From: Bacillota bacterium
GTDB taxonomy: Bacteria; Bacillota; UBA5301; Bu52
NCBI GenBank assembly: GCA_014896355.1
Contig: JADBKO010000002.1
Span: forward strand, 37,631-101,630
Length of the DNA: 64,000 nucleotides
Reading direction: 5' to 3'
A program made the position numbers and the translations under genes. The stretch's first letter is position 1. Each line of letters starts with the position of its first letter. The notes beneath the pieces are model-generated. The model ran no database searches and had not been told where the DNA came from. It saw only the letters and a list, made by a program, of their open reading frames with translations. Shown here piece by piece: positions 9,491 through 19,377 of this stretch.

Positions 9491-10463
9491 GACGGTCTCC
9501 GGCGGCGATGGCCATACGGGTCCGGCCGTGTCGGTGTGCGGCTCATGGTCCACCCTGCGGGTGGATGAAAGCGGCGCAGGCCAGCGGGTGGACGTGTGGG
9601 TGGCCCGCCTGGGTTTGGCTCCGTCCCGCTCCCAGGCCCAGGATTGGCTGGCGGAAGGCCGTATTCTGGTCAATGAAAAGCAAAGCCGGCCCAGCTATGT
9701 CCTGAAGGCCGGCGACGTGGTCAGCGTCCATCCGCCGGAACCCAAGGATGCAACGCTGCAGCCACAGGCCATGCCCCTGGCCATTGTGTACGAGGACGAC
9801 GATCTGTTGGTGGTCAACAAGCCGGCTGGACTGGTGGTCCACCCTGCGGCGGGGCACCCGGACCGCACGCTGGTGAATGCCCTCCTGGCGCACTGCCCAG
9901 ACCTGGCGGGGATCGGCGGCACGATCCGTCCCGGCATCGTGCACCGTCTCGATAAAGACACTTCCGGGCTCTTGGTGGTGGCCAAGAACGATCTGGCCCA
10001 GCAGTCGCTGAGCCAGCAGATTGCCAGCAAGACCGCCCACCGGGAATACCTCGCCATTGTGCTGGGCCGCGCGGGCCGCCAGTGCTGGACCGTGGACGCC
10101 CCCATCGGGCGGGATCCCGAAAACCGCAAGCGCATGGCGGTGGTTCCCGGCGGCCGTCCGGCGGTGACCCACTTTTTCGTCCGCCAGCGCCGGGGCCAGT
10201 TCACCCTGGTGGAAGCCCATCTGGAAACGGGCCGGACCCACCAGATCCGGGTGCACCTGGCCTACAGCGGTTACCCTGTGGTGGGCGACCCGCTTTACGG
10301 CGCACGCCGCGGCATGCGCCTTTTGGAGCGCCAAGCCCTGCATGCGTACCGTCTGACGTTTACTCACCCCCGCACCGGAGCCCCTTTGGAGTTCGAGCTC
10401 CCTCTGGCTCCGGATCTTCAGGCTTTCTGGGATGCACAGCCGTCTGAATCCTCCGAGGGATGA
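9468..10463 (+). CDS. rluD: RluA-family 23S rRNA pseudouridine synthase (RluD-like)
   Basis: It has an N-terminal S4 domain and the catalytic 'HRLDKDTSGLLVVAKN' motif. It follows lspA, as in Firmicutes. Confidence 0.85.
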   Translation: MGELEAGKTVSGGDGHTGPAVSVCGSWSTLRVDESGAGQRVDVWVARLGLAPSRSQAQDWLAEGRILVNEKQSRPSYVLKAGDVVSVHPPEPKDATLQPQAMPLAIVYEDDDLLVVNKPAGLVVHPAAGHPDRTLVNALLAHCPDLAGIGGTIRPGIVHRLDKDTSGLLVVAKNDLAQQSLSQQIASKTAHREYLAIVLGRAGRQCWTVDAPIGRDPENRKRMAVVPGGRPAVTHFFVRQRRGQFTLVEAHLETGRTHQIRVHLAYSGYPVVGDPLYGARRGMRLLERQALHAYRLTFTHPRTGAPLEFELPLAPDLQAFWDAQPSESSEG

Positions 10464-10700
10464 GTCTTTCTGCCGGCGCACAGTCTGGTCCGCGCTTTGC
10501 CAGTTGCGCCGGCAGGAATTCCGTTCTGTTCTGGCGAATACGCTGGCGTACTGCAACCAAACAGGCAGGCCGGTGTGCCGGGGGCTTTCGCCCTGGGGCT
10601 CCGGCATGTGGCGGTGGGCGGCACCTGGCTTGCCGCAGCACCGGTCGGTCCATGGTACCGCGCAGGAATGCGTACGAAGAAGAAGGAGGAGACATTCGCG

Positions 10701-12554
10701 ATGAGGATGGACCGTGACCGCCTGCGTGGCGGTGCCCTGTGGTTTTTTGTGGCAGTTGTGTTGTCGGCTGTAGCGTTGTGGTCCGTAGCAGCAGGAGCGC
10801 AGGTCAAGAACCCTGACAGCATCGTCTACGCCATGTACGGCGAACCCGAGACGTTGGATCCGGCTTTTGCCTATGACACGGCCAGCGGTGAAGCAATTTA
10901 CAACATCTATGATAATCTGATTGCCTACGATAAAGGCAGCACCTCGGATTTCGTGCCCATGCTGGCCACCAAGGTTCCTTCCCTCAAGAATGGGCTCATT
11001 TCCAAGGATGGCAGGACCTATATCTTCCCCATCCGCCGTGGCGTGAAGTTCCAAAACGGCGCCACGCTGACTCCGCTCGATGTGGAATATACCTTCGAAC
11101 GGGCCATGCTTTTGGATCCCGCCGCCGGCCCCACCTGGATGATCAGCGAACCCCTGTTGGGATACGCCACCCTCACGGAGTTGGCTGCGCATCTAATGGG
11201 GGTCAGCCCCGACAAGGTGGACATGAAGAAACTTCCGGCCAAGGTGGTGCGGGAGATTTACGACCGGGTCACCCGCGCCGTGGAAGTGAAGGGTGACAAT
11301 GTCATCTTCCATCTCGCCAAGCCGTACCCGCCGTTCTTGGCCATTTTGGCCCATGGTGCCAGCTGGAGTGCCATCATCAACAAGAAATGGGCCATCGCTC
11401 AAGGCGCCTGGGATGGCCTGCCTTCCACCTGGCCGAAGTATCACGATCCGCAACCGCAGGCGGACCCGCTCTATGCCAAGGCCATGGGCACCGGCCCCTT
11501 CAAGCTGGAGACCTGGCAGCGCGGCAGCCAGTATATCCTTACCCGCTTTGACGGCTACTGGCAGGGTCCCGCCAAGATCAAGACCGTCTATGCGAAAAAG
11601 GTGGATGAGTTTTCCACCCGCCTCATGATGTTGCAGACGGGGGACGCCGACATTATCATGGTGGATCCGCCCTATCTGCCGCAGGTGGAGAAACTGGACG
11701 GCGTGCGGGTGACCAAGAGCCTGCCCAGGCTGCAGAACACCACGGCCTTCTTCAACTACAACATCGACCCCAAGGGGAACGATTACATCGGCAGCGGCAA
11801 ACTGGATGGGAACGGGATTCCGTCGGACTTCTTCCAGGACATTCACGTTCGCAAGGCCTTCAACTACCTCTTCGACTGGGACTCCTACATCAAACAGGTT
11901 TTGTTGGGCCAGGGAGCGAAGCCGTACGGCCCCGTGCCGCAGGCCATGGCTTACTACGTGAACAAGAAGGCCCCCACGTACTCCTTCAACCTGGAGAAGG
12001 CGGCCGAGGAGTTCAAACAGGCCTTTGACGGCAAATTGTGGCAGACCGGCTTCAAGATGACCATCACCTACAACACGGGCAACGAGGCGCGCAAGACGGC
12101 CTGTGAGATGCTGGCTGCCAACGCCGCCAAGGTGAACCCCAAGTTCCGCATCGAGACCATGGCTGTGCAGTGGCCGGTGTTCCTGCAGAAATACAAGGCC
12201 GGAGTGTTGCCGCTGTTCATCATCGGCTGGCTGGCAGACTATCCGGATCCCTACAACTTCGTGCAGCCTTACATGGCCAGCACCGGTGCCTACGGCAGCA
12301 CGCAGGGCGACTACTTCGTCCAGATGGCGCGCAAGGATTTCGACCCTCTCATTGACGAGACCATCAATAACGTGGACCCGGCCGTCCGGCGTGCGGCTTT
12401 CTTCAAGCTGCAGGAGCTGGCCTACGAGCGGGCCATCGACATCTTCCTGGTGGAGCCCTACGGTAACCACGTGGAGCGTACGTGGGTGAAGGGCTGGTAC
12501 TTCAACCCCGTCCGTCCCGGCGAGGACTTCTACATCCTCTCCAAGGGTGAGTGA
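10701..12554 (+). CDS. ABC transporter substrate-binding protein, family 5 (peptide/nickel, OppA/DppA-like)
   Basis: ATG 10701 follows an AAGGAGGAG RBS. The protein has a signal peptide with TM anchor and a family-5 SBP fold sequence ('YAMYGEPETLDPAFAYDTASGEAIYNIYDNLIAYD'). Confidence 0.85.
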   Translation: MRMDRDRLRGGALWFFVAVVLSAVALWSVAAGAQVKNPDSIVYAMYGEPETLDPAFAYDTASGEAIYNIYDNLIAYDKGSTSDFVPMLATKVPSLKNGLISKDGRTYIFPIRRGVKFQNGATLTPLDVEYTFERAMLLDPAAGPTWMISEPLLGYATLTELAAHLMGVSPDKVDMKKLPAKVVREIYDRVTRAVEVKGDNVIFHLAKPYPPFLAILAHGASWSAIINKKWAIAQGAWDGLPSTWPKYHDPQPQADPLYAKAMGTGPFKLETWQRGSQYILTRFDGYWQGPAKIKTVYAKKVDEFSTRLMMLQTGDADIIMVDPPYLPQVEKLDGVRVTKSLPRLQNTTAFFNYNIDPKGNDYIGSGKLDGNGIPSDFFQDIHVRKAFNYLFDWDSYIKQVLLGQGAKPYGPVPQAMAYYVNKKAPTYSFNLEKAAEEFKQAFDGKLWQTGFKMTITYNTGNEARKTACEMLAANAAKVNPKFRIETMAVQWPVFLQKYKAGVLPLFIIGWLADYPDPYNFVQPYMASTGAYGSTQGDYFVQMARKDFDPLIDETINNVDPAVRRAAFFKLQELAYERAIDIFLVEPYGNHVERTWVKGWYFNPVRPGEDFYILSKGE

Positions 12555-12677
12555 CGGATTGCACCCGGCGGGGTCCGGAACGGGGCCGTCCCGGCAGGCG
12601 CCGGCCGGCTCCGGCGGGCCCCGCCGCCCTGTTGAACGCTGACATGATGCCCACGGGACCGGGGAGATGCAAGCCAT

Positions 12678-13709
12678 ATGACGCATTATATTGTCCGCAG
12701 GCTTCTTTTGCTTCCGGTGGTGGCCTTCGGCGCCACGCTGCTTATTTTCATTTTCATGCAGTTTCTGAGCCCTTATCAACTGGTCAGCACCTATGTCCGG
12801 AGCCCGGAGGAGCTCCGCCACGCAGATCTGGATACGCTGGTCAAGAAGTATCACCTCGATGCGCCCTTCTACGAGCGCTATTTTGATTGGGTCGGCAATA
12901 TCTTGCACGGCAATCTGGGCTGGTCCGCCACTTCCAACGACTGGGTGGCCCATTCCATCGCCGCTCGCTTTCCCGCCACGCTGGAGCTCGCCATTTATGC
13001 CGCCATCCCCATGGCCTTGGGCGGGATCTGGCTGGGCACCGTGGCGGCGGTCAACCATAACCGCTTCTGGGACCATGTGACGCGGATCTTCGCCATCATC
13101 GGATGGTCCCTGCCCACGTTCGTGTTCGGCCTGGTTTTCCTCATGGTGTTCTACGTGTGGCTGGGGTGGTTCCCCCCCGGCCGTCTCAGTACCTGGGCCA
13201 CGCAGGTGGTGATCTCGCCGTCGTTCCACGCCTACACGGGGATGTATTCCATCGATGCCCTGCTCAACGGCCGTCTGGATGTATTCTTCAACGCGTTGCA
13301 GCATCTGGTCGGGCCAGTGATCACCTTGTCCTATTTGTACTGGGCTCTGCTCTTACGCATCACCCGTTCCAGTATGCTGGAATCCCTGCGACAGGATTAC
13401 GTCCGTACCGCGCGGGCCAAAGGGCTGGAGGAGAGCGTGGTCATCAAAAAGCATGCCCGCCGCAATGCCCTGATCCCCGTGGCCACCAGCGTCGGCCTGA
13501 TGTTCTTGGGCCTACTGGCCGGCGTCATCATCACAGAGACGGTGTTCAACTATCCGGGCATCGGGCTTTTGACCTACCAGGCAGCAGCGCAGCTGGATTA
13601 TCCCATGGTGTTGGGAATCTGCCTTCTTTATGCCGGGCTGCTGGTCCTGGTGAATCTGGTGGTGGACATCGGCTATGCCCTGATTGACCCGCGGGTGAGC
13701 TTGGACTAG
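12678..13709 (+). CDS. ABC transporter permease (DppB/OppB-like)
   Basis: It has 6 TM helices and the binding-protein-dependent transport EAA-like loop (RTARAKGLEESVVIKKHARRNAL). Confidence 0.85.
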   Translation: MTHYIVRRLLLLPVVAFGATLLIFIFMQFLSPYQLVSTYVRSPEELRHADLDTLVKKYHLDAPFYERYFDWVGNILHGNLGWSATSNDWVAHSIAARFPATLELAIYAAIPMALGGIWLGTVAAVNHNRFWDHVTRIFAIIGWSLPTFVFGLVFLMVFYVWLGWFPPGRLSTWATQVVISPSFHAYTGMYSIDALLNGRLDVFFNALQHLVGPVITLSYLYWALLLRITRSSMLESLRQDYVRTARAKGLEESVVIKKHARRNALIPVATSVGLMFLGLLAGVIITETVFNYPGIGLLTYQAAAQLDYPMVLGICLLYAGLLVLVNLVVDIGYALIDPRVSLD

Positions 13710-13730
13710 CTGGAGGGGAACGAACCAGCC

Positions 13731-14618
13731 ATGGATTTGTTCAGACGGTTCCTACGCAACCCGCTGTCCCTGACGGGTTTCATCATCCTGCTGTTCTTCG
13801 CGCTGGTGGCGGCACTGGCTCCCCTTATTGCACCGCCCCAGGGGCCTGTGGGCACCAGCCCGTATCTGATCCCCCGCGCCGGCTGGGGCACCATCCCCTT
13901 GCCGCCGGGGCCGGGGCACCTCTTCGGCACGGCCGAAGGGCAGTATGACATTTTCTATGGCATCGTGTGGGGAACCCGCACGGCTTTTGGCGTGGGATTG
14001 GCGGTGGTGGGGGCGAGCCTCATCATCGGTTTGGTCGTCGGCTCAGTGGCCGGGTTTTTCGGTGGCTGGCTGGACGAGCTGATGATGCGGGTCACCGACA
14101 TTTTCCTGGCCTTTCCCTACCTGGTGGCTGCGGTGGTGGTCACCACCATTCTCGGCAAGGGCCTGGACAAGGTGATCATCGCCCTGATTCTTTTCGGTTG
14201 GATGGGCTATGCCCGCCTGATCCGCAGCAGCGTGCTGCAGGTGAAGGAAATGGAGTTCGTGGAAGCGGCCCGGGCCCTGGGGCAAAAAACGTGGAAGATC
14301 ATTCTTCGCCACGTGCTGCCGAACTCCATCTATCCCCTGCTGGTCCAGGCCTCCATGGACATCGGCAGTGTGGTTCTCACGGCTGCCGGCCTGAGCTTTC
14401 TGGGGCTGGGCGCCGAGACGGGATTCGCAGACTGGGGTCAGCTGGTCAGCTTCGCCCGCAACTGGATCAAGGGCGAGCCAGGGGCGCCTTTTCAATACTG
14501 GTACACGGTCTTCTGGCCCAGCCTGGCCATCGTGTTGTTCGTGCTGGGATGGAATCTGGTCGGGGACGGTGTGCGTGACGTCATGGATCCCCGCCTGCGC
14601 CAGGGCCGCAATTCTTGA
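13731..14618 (+). CDS. ABC transporter permease (DppC/OppC-like)
   Basis: It has the typical N-terminus 'FRRFLRNPLSLTGFIILLFF' and an EAA loop (EAARALGQKTWKIILRHVLPN). Confidence 0.85.
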   Translation: MDLFRRFLRNPLSLTGFIILLFFALVAALAPLIAPPQGPVGTSPYLIPRAGWGTIPLPPGPGHLFGTAEGQYDIFYGIVWGTRTAFGVGLAVVGASLIIGLVVGSVAGFFGGWLDELMMRVTDIFLAFPYLVAAVVVTTILGKGLDKVIIALILFGWMGYARLIRSSVLQVKEMEFVEAARALGQKTWKIILRHVLPNSIYPLLVQASMDIGSVVLTAAGLSFLGLGAETGFADWGQLVSFARNWIKGEPGAPFQYWYTVFWPSLAIVLFVLGWNLVGDGVRDVMDPRLRQGRNS

Positions 14619-14700
14619 GCCGCCCGGCCCTCCGGTTGCCTGGCCGGCGCCAGTGCGAGCGGTGCGGGCCGGCGCAGTACGCCGGTGACACGCCCCCGGC

Positions 14701-14741
14701 CATGAGCCGCGCCCCCGGAAAGCACGGGGGCGCGGCTCATG
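14701..14741 (+). terminator. Perfect 17-bp-stem GC hairpin downstream of the ABC permease operon
   Basis: The hairpin is catgagccgcgcccccg-gaaagca-cgggggcgcggctcatg, located 80 nt after the permease stop. There is no clear U-tract. Confidence 0.4.
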
Positions 14742-14833
14742 ACATAATGAAGAAGGGTGAGTGAGGGGTCATCTTCACACATGATTCCCGGCCACTTCCC
14801 ATAGCATGAAAGAGATGAGGAAAGGTGATGTGA

Positions 14834-15259
14834 ATGCGTTGGGCAGCAGTGGTCAGCGACGATCGCGATACTATCGTGGCCTTGCCGGATGGCCCGTTGG
14901 TCATCATCTGGGACGACGTCCGCGAGGCCGAGGAATTCTATGTCAACCCGGCGTTGAATCGTACCAGTGGCCGCCGGTTTGCCACCACGCAGCTGTTCGT
15001 GGAGAAGAAGGCCGATGTGGCCTGCACAGTAGATCAGGGCTTCTGCACGCGCTCCTACGGGGAGGCACGGACGGCGGGACTTCGCTTCCTGCTGGTGAAG
15101 CCCGGGACCCGGCTCTCTGAGATCAAGGCCCAGCCGGAGGAGTACCGCAGGCAAATTCAGCCCGAGCTGGACCGGGTTTTCCTGGCCATCCCTCAAGCCA
15201 TGCCGGAAGCGCAGAGCGCTGCGGCATCCTCCACTACCAATCCGCCGGCGGGGAAATGA
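14834..15259 (+). CDS. Hypothetical protein
   Basis: ATG 14834 follows a GAGGAAAGGTGA RBS. Coding-like codon bias. No recognisable domain. Confidence 0.4.
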   Translation: MRWAAVVSDDRDTIVALPDGPLVIIWDDVREAEEFYVNPALNRTSGRRFATTQLFVEKKADVACTVDQGFCTRSYGEARTAGLRFLLVKPGTRLSEIKAQPEEYRRQIQPELDRVFLAIPQAMPEAQSAAASSTTNPPAGK

Positions 15260-15477
15260 CTTTTCCCCAGGCGGGGGCGCGCCCGCAGCACCCTTGGCGG
15301 CGCACCCCGCCGTGGGATGGGGATTGGCACTCGACCCCCCTCGATCGTGGACCTTGTTGAGCGGCGAAAGTAAGCCCGCAAACATCTTGCCCTGCGGCGC
15401 TGGCTTCCATCCCGCACAGCCCCAATTTAGCCCGGCTGTCCCTTTTTCCAGCAGGATTCCGTTGGTTCCCTTCCGAA

Positions 15478-15489
15478 TGTTGATCAACA
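15478..15489. promoter_or_regulatory. Perfect 12-bp palindrome TGTTGATCAACA upstream of hutU
   Basis: A perfect dyad, extendable to 14 of 16 positions, lies 65 nt upstream of the hutU start in an AT-richer patch. Confidence 0.35.
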
Positions 15490-15553
15490 ATCTAAACTTT
15501 TGCGACTTGCCGGTCCAGACCCGCTGGGATGCCGGCAAGAAGGAGGAAACCCC

Positions 15554-17233
15554 ATGGGCATGAACCCCGCATCCGGTATCCTCTCCGGCCCCCGGCAGGT
15601 GCGGGCGCCCCGTGGTCCGGAGCGCACCTGCAAAGGCTGGCAGCAGGAGGCAGCTCTGCGCATGCTGATGAACAATCTCGATCCCGAGGTAGCCGAAAAG
15701 CCCGACGAGCTCATTGTCTATGGCGGCTCCGGCAAGGCGGCCCGCAACTGGGAGGCCTTTGACGCCATTGTGGCGGCCTTGCGGGAGCTGGAGGATGACG
15801 AGACCTTGCTGATCCAATCGGGCAAGCCCGTAGCGGTGTTTCGGACCCACCGGCTGGCGCCGCGGGTTCTCATCAGCAATGCCATGCTGGTGCCGGCCTG
15901 GGCCACCTGGGAGAAGTTTTGGGAGCTGGAAGCCGCGGGCCTGACCATGTTCGGCCAAATGACAGCCGGCAGCTGGATCTATATCGGCACCCAGGGGATA
16001 TTGCAGGGAACATATGAAACCTTTGCGGAAGCGGCCTCCCAGCATTTCGGCGGCACCCTGCGGGGCAGGCTGGTTCTCACCGCCGGCTTGGGGGGCATGG
16101 GCGGCGCCCAGCCCCTGGCCGTGACCATGAATGAAGGCGTCTGCCTAGTGGTGGAGGTCGACCCGCAGCGGGTGCGGCGCCGCCTGGAGACGGGCTACCT
16201 GGATCAGGCCACGGAGAGCCTGGACGAGGCGGTGCGCTTGGCTCTGGCTGCCCGGGATCGGGGCGAAGCCCGCTCCATCGGGCTGGTGGGCAATGCTGCC
16301 GATGTGCACCCGGAGGTCCTGCGCCGTGGTGTTCTCCCAGACGTGGTGACGGACCAGACCTCCGCTCACGACCCTTTGAACGGGTACGTGCCCGGAGGCA
16401 TGGGCCTGGAGGAAGCCTTGCAGTTGCGGCAGCGCGACCCGAGTGGCTACATCCGGGCCGCGCGCCAGTCCATGGCCCGCCATGTCCGGGCCATGCTGGA
16501 GTGGCAGCGGCAGGGCGCCGTGGTCTTTGATTACGGGAACAACATCCGGCAGCAGGCCAAGGAAGCCGGCGTGGAGGATGCCTTCGCCTTCCCAGGATTT
16601 GTGCCGGCGTTCATCCGGCCCCTTTTCTGCGAGGGCAAAGGCCCCTTCCGCTGGGCGGCTCTCTCCGGCGATCCCCAGGACATCTACCGCATCGACCGGG
16701 CAGTGCTGGAAACCTTTCCCGGCAACGACCGGTTGAACCGCTGGATCAAAATGGCGCAGGAGAAAGTCCGCTTCCAGGGGCTTCCTGCCCGCATCTGCTG
16801 GCTGGGCTACGGCGAGCGGGCCCGCCTGGGTCTGGCCATCAACGAGTTGGTGCGCACCGGCGAGGTGAAGGCCCCGGTGGTGATCGGCCGGGATCATTTG
16901 GATGCCGGGTCCGTGGCCTCACCCAACCGGGAGACCGAGGCCATGAAGGACGGCAGCGACGCCATCGCAGATTGGCCCATTTTAAACGCCCTGCTGAACA
17001 CGGCTGCCGGGGCCAGTTGGGTTTCTGTCCACCACGGCGGCGGAGTCGGCATTGGCTATGCCATTCACGCCGGCCAGGTGGTGGTGGCGGACGGCAGCGA
17101 TGAGGCTGCCTGGCGCCTGGAGCATGTGTTGACCACCGATCCGGGGCTGGGCATTGTCCGCCACGCCGATGCCGGCTACGAACAGGCGCAGGCAGCAGCC
17201 CGCCGGCATGGACTTAAGATGCCCATGTTCTGA
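15554..17233 (+). CDS. hutU: Urocanate hydratase
   Basis: ATG 15554 follows AAGGAGGA. The full-length urocanase sequence shows high similarity throughout (…[21 protein letters not shown]…, NAD-binding GxGxxG). Confidence 0.9.
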   Translation: MGMNPASGILSGPRQVRAPRGPERTCKGWQQEAALRMLMNNLDPEVAEKPDELIVYGGSGKAARNWEAFDAIVAALRELEDDETLLIQSGKPVAVFRTHRLAPRVLISNAMLVPAWATWEKFWELEAAGLTMFGQMTAGSWIYIGTQGILQGTYETFAEAASQHFGGTLRGRLVLTAGLGGMGGAQPLAVTMNEGVCLVVEVDPQRVRRRLETGYLDQATESLDEAVRLALAARDRGEARSIGLVGNAADVHPEVLRRGVLPDVVTDQTSAHDPLNGYVPGGMGLEEALQLRQRDPSGYIRAARQSMARHVRAMLEWQRQGAVVFDYGNNIRQQAKEAGVEDAFAFPGFVPAFIRPLFCEGKGPFRWAALSGDPQDIYRIDRAVLETFPGNDRLNRWIKMAQEKVRFQGLPARICWLGYGERARLGLAINELVRTGEVKAPVVIGRDHLDAGSVASPNRETEAMKDGSDAIADWPILNALLNTAAGASWVSVHHGGGVGIGYAIHAGQVVVADGSDEAAWRLEHVLTTDPGLGIVRHADAGYEQAQAAARRHGLKMPMF

Positions 17234-17307
17234 CGCCGCAGGCGCCGTGACTAAAAAAACTGTCCCTGAAACTCAGTGCTTAGCAGGAATCGAAATCGTT
17301 ACGGCGA

Positions 17308-17332
17308 ATACTATACCCGTAAAGTATAGTTT
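17308..17332. promoter_or_regulatory. Inverted repeat ATACTATAC-N7-GTATAGTTT, candidate Rrf2 operator
   Basis: An AT-rich dyad with 8/9-bp arms lies 35-55 nt upstream of the Rrf2 regulator's start codon. Confidence 0.35.
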
Positions 17333-17365
17333 AGGGCGCGGGGAAAGCTTGGGAGTCTTGGCTTC

Positions 17366-17797
17366 ATGCAGTTGAACCAGGCCACGGACTACGCGTTTCG
17401 GGCAGTGCTACACCTGGCGTTGGCAGGAACCGGTCAAGTAGTGGAGGCGCAGTCCATCGCGCGGGAGCAATCCATTCCAATGCGGTTTCTCCTGAAGATC
17501 ATGCGTTCTCTGGTGCGGGGTGGCATTGTCAGATCTTACCGGGGTGTGGGCGGCGGCTTCGCTTTGGCGCGGCCGGCACAGGAGATCACACTGCTGGACG
17601 TGGTGCAGGCCATGGAAGGCCCGATCCGGGTGAACCGGTGCCTGGTGGACCCCCGGTACTGCAGTAGACACTGGTCCCAGCACTGTCCTGTTCATCAGGC
17701 GCTGGGGCAGGTCCAGTCAGCGCTGGCGCAGGCACTGGCCAGCCACACGTTCGCCGATTTGGCGCTGGGCGTCCGAGCTGGTCCGACAAGGGGGTGA
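17366..17797 (+). CDS. Rrf2-family transcriptional regulator (three Cys, probable Fe-S type)
   Basis: It has an N-terminal wHTH (MQLNQATDYAFRAVLHLA...) and a C(x7)C(x5)C cluster-ligand-like triad (CLVDPRYCSRHWSQHC). Confidence 0.85.
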   Translation: MQLNQATDYAFRAVLHLALAGTGQVVEAQSIAREQSIPMRFLLKIMRSLVRGGIVRSYRGVGGGFALARPAQEITLLDVVQAMEGPIRVNRCLVDPRYCSRHWSQHCPVHQALGQVQSALAQALASHTFADLALGVRAGPTRG

Positions 17798-17925
17798 GGA
17801 GAGGCCGAGCCAGGATGGGAGACATGCGGGCGTCACGCAGGCGCACCGGCGCTGGAGACGGATCATAGCGAGCAAGCACGCCGAAGGAGGTGCAAGGCTG
17901 GTTTCCGGCGGAACCAGCAGGAAGT

Positions 17926-19377
17926 ATGGAGCTCATTTTAGCCCGGTGGCAGTTTGGGATTACCACCGTCTTCCACTTCTTCTTCGTGCCGCTGACGCTG
18001 GGGCTCTCCATTTTGGTGGCCATCATGGAGACCCTTTACGTGCGGCGGGGCGAGGAAACCTACAAGAAGATGGCTCAGTTCTGGGGCAACCTGTTCGTCA
18101 TCAACTTTGTCCTGGGGGTCGTCACCGGCATTGTACAGGAATTCCAGTTCGGTATGAACTGGTCGGAGTACTCCCGCTTTGTGGGGGACGTGTTCGGAGC
18201 CCCTCTGGCGGTGGAGGCCTTGGCCGCATTTTTCCTGGAATCCACGTTCCTCGGGCTCTGGGTTTTCGGGTGGGACCGGATCTCCAAGGGGCTGCACCTG
18301 GCCGCCATTTGGCTGGTGGCTTTCGCCAGCAATCTGTCCGCCTTCTGGATCCTGGTGGCCAACTCGTTCATGCAGGAGCCTGTGGGCTACGCTCTCCGCA
18401 ATGGCAGGGCGGAGATGACCAGCTTCGGGGCGCTGCTCACCAACCCTCATGTGCTGTACCAGTACCCTCACACGGTGCTGGCGGGGTTTGTGACAGCGTC
18501 TTTCTTCGTCATGGGGATCAGCGCCTATCATTTGTTGCGTAGCAGAAGCGGCGCCATTGCAGGCGTTCAACCAGGGGCTCACGGCCAAGCGGCGGCCGGG
18601 GGTCCGGCAGAGGGTGCCGGCCTTTTCCGCCGCTCCTTCCGGCTGGGGATGATCTTCGGGGTCATCAGCACCATTTTGGTGGTGGGAGTCGGCCATTTCC
18701 AGGGCCAGCATTTGATCCGCACCCAACCCATGAAAATGGCGGCAGCGGAGGCTTTGTGGGACAGTGCCGACCCGGCGCCTCTGGCGTTGGTGGCGGGAAT
18801 CGATGAAAAGGGGCAGCGGAACACTTTCGAGCTGAAAGTTCCCTACCTGGGCAGTCTGCTGGCCTATAACCGGCCCAGCGGCAAGGTACTGGGGATCAAG
18901 GAACTGCAGAGGCAAGACTCGGCCAAATACGGACCCGGACAGTACGTGCCGCCGGTAACCCCGGTGTTCTGGAGCTTCCGGATTATGGTGGCTGCCGGCT
19001 TCCTCATGATTCTCCTTGCCCTCTACGCACTCTATTTGAGCACCAAGGGCCGGCTGGAGGAACGGCCGCGTTTCCTGAAAGTGCTGCTTTGGTCCATCCC
19101 GTTGCCGTACATCGCCAACACCACCGGCTGGATCATGGCCGAGATGGGCCGCCAGCCCTGGATTGTTTACGGCCTGCAGCGGGTGGGTGAGGCGGTCTCG
19201 CCGGCCGTAGGCTCCGGGGCGGTGCTGGCCAGCTTGGTGGTCTTCACGCTGCTCTACGGGGTTCTGACGGTCGTGGATGTCTATCTGCTCATGCGGTTCG
19301 CCCGCATGGACGCAGGGGCTGCAGTCATCGGCAAGCCTGCGGAAGCTGGTGGCAGGGAGGTCTCGCTATGGAACTGA
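17926..19377 (+). CDS. cydA: Cytochrome bd ubiquinol oxidase subunit I
   Basis: The sequence is CydA-like throughout (WQFGITTVFHFFFVPLTLGLS..., Q-loop). Confidence 0.9.
   Translation: MELILARWQFGITTVFHFFFVPLTLGLSILVAIMETLYVRRGEETYKKMAQFWGNLFVINFVLGVVTGIVQEFQFGMNWSEYSRFVGDVFGAPLAVEALAAFFLESTFLGLWVFGWDRISKGLHLAAIWLVAFASNLSAFWILVANSFMQEPVGYALRNGRAEMTSFGALLTNPHVLYQYPHTVLAGFVTASFFVMGISAYHLLRSRSGAIAGVQPGAHGQAAAGGPAEGAGLFRRSFRLGMIFGVISTILVVGVGHFQGQHLIRTQPMKMAAAEALWDSADPAPLALVAGIDEKGQRNTFELKVPYLGSLLAYNRPSGKVLGIKELQRQDSAKYGPGQYVPPVTPVFWSFRIMVAAGFLMILLALYALYLSTKGRLEERPRFLKVLLWSIPLPYIANTTGWIMAEMGRQPWIVYGLQRVGEAVSPAVGSGAVLASLVVFTLLYGVLTVVDVYLLMRFARMDAGAAVIGKPAEAGGREVSLWN

Noticed and set aside
9543-13304. 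Two long minus-strand ORFs of 549 and 703 aa.
   Set aside because: They are antisense to rluD and to the ABC binding-protein and permease genes. They have no domain-like sequence and a typical high-GC shadow-ORF composition.
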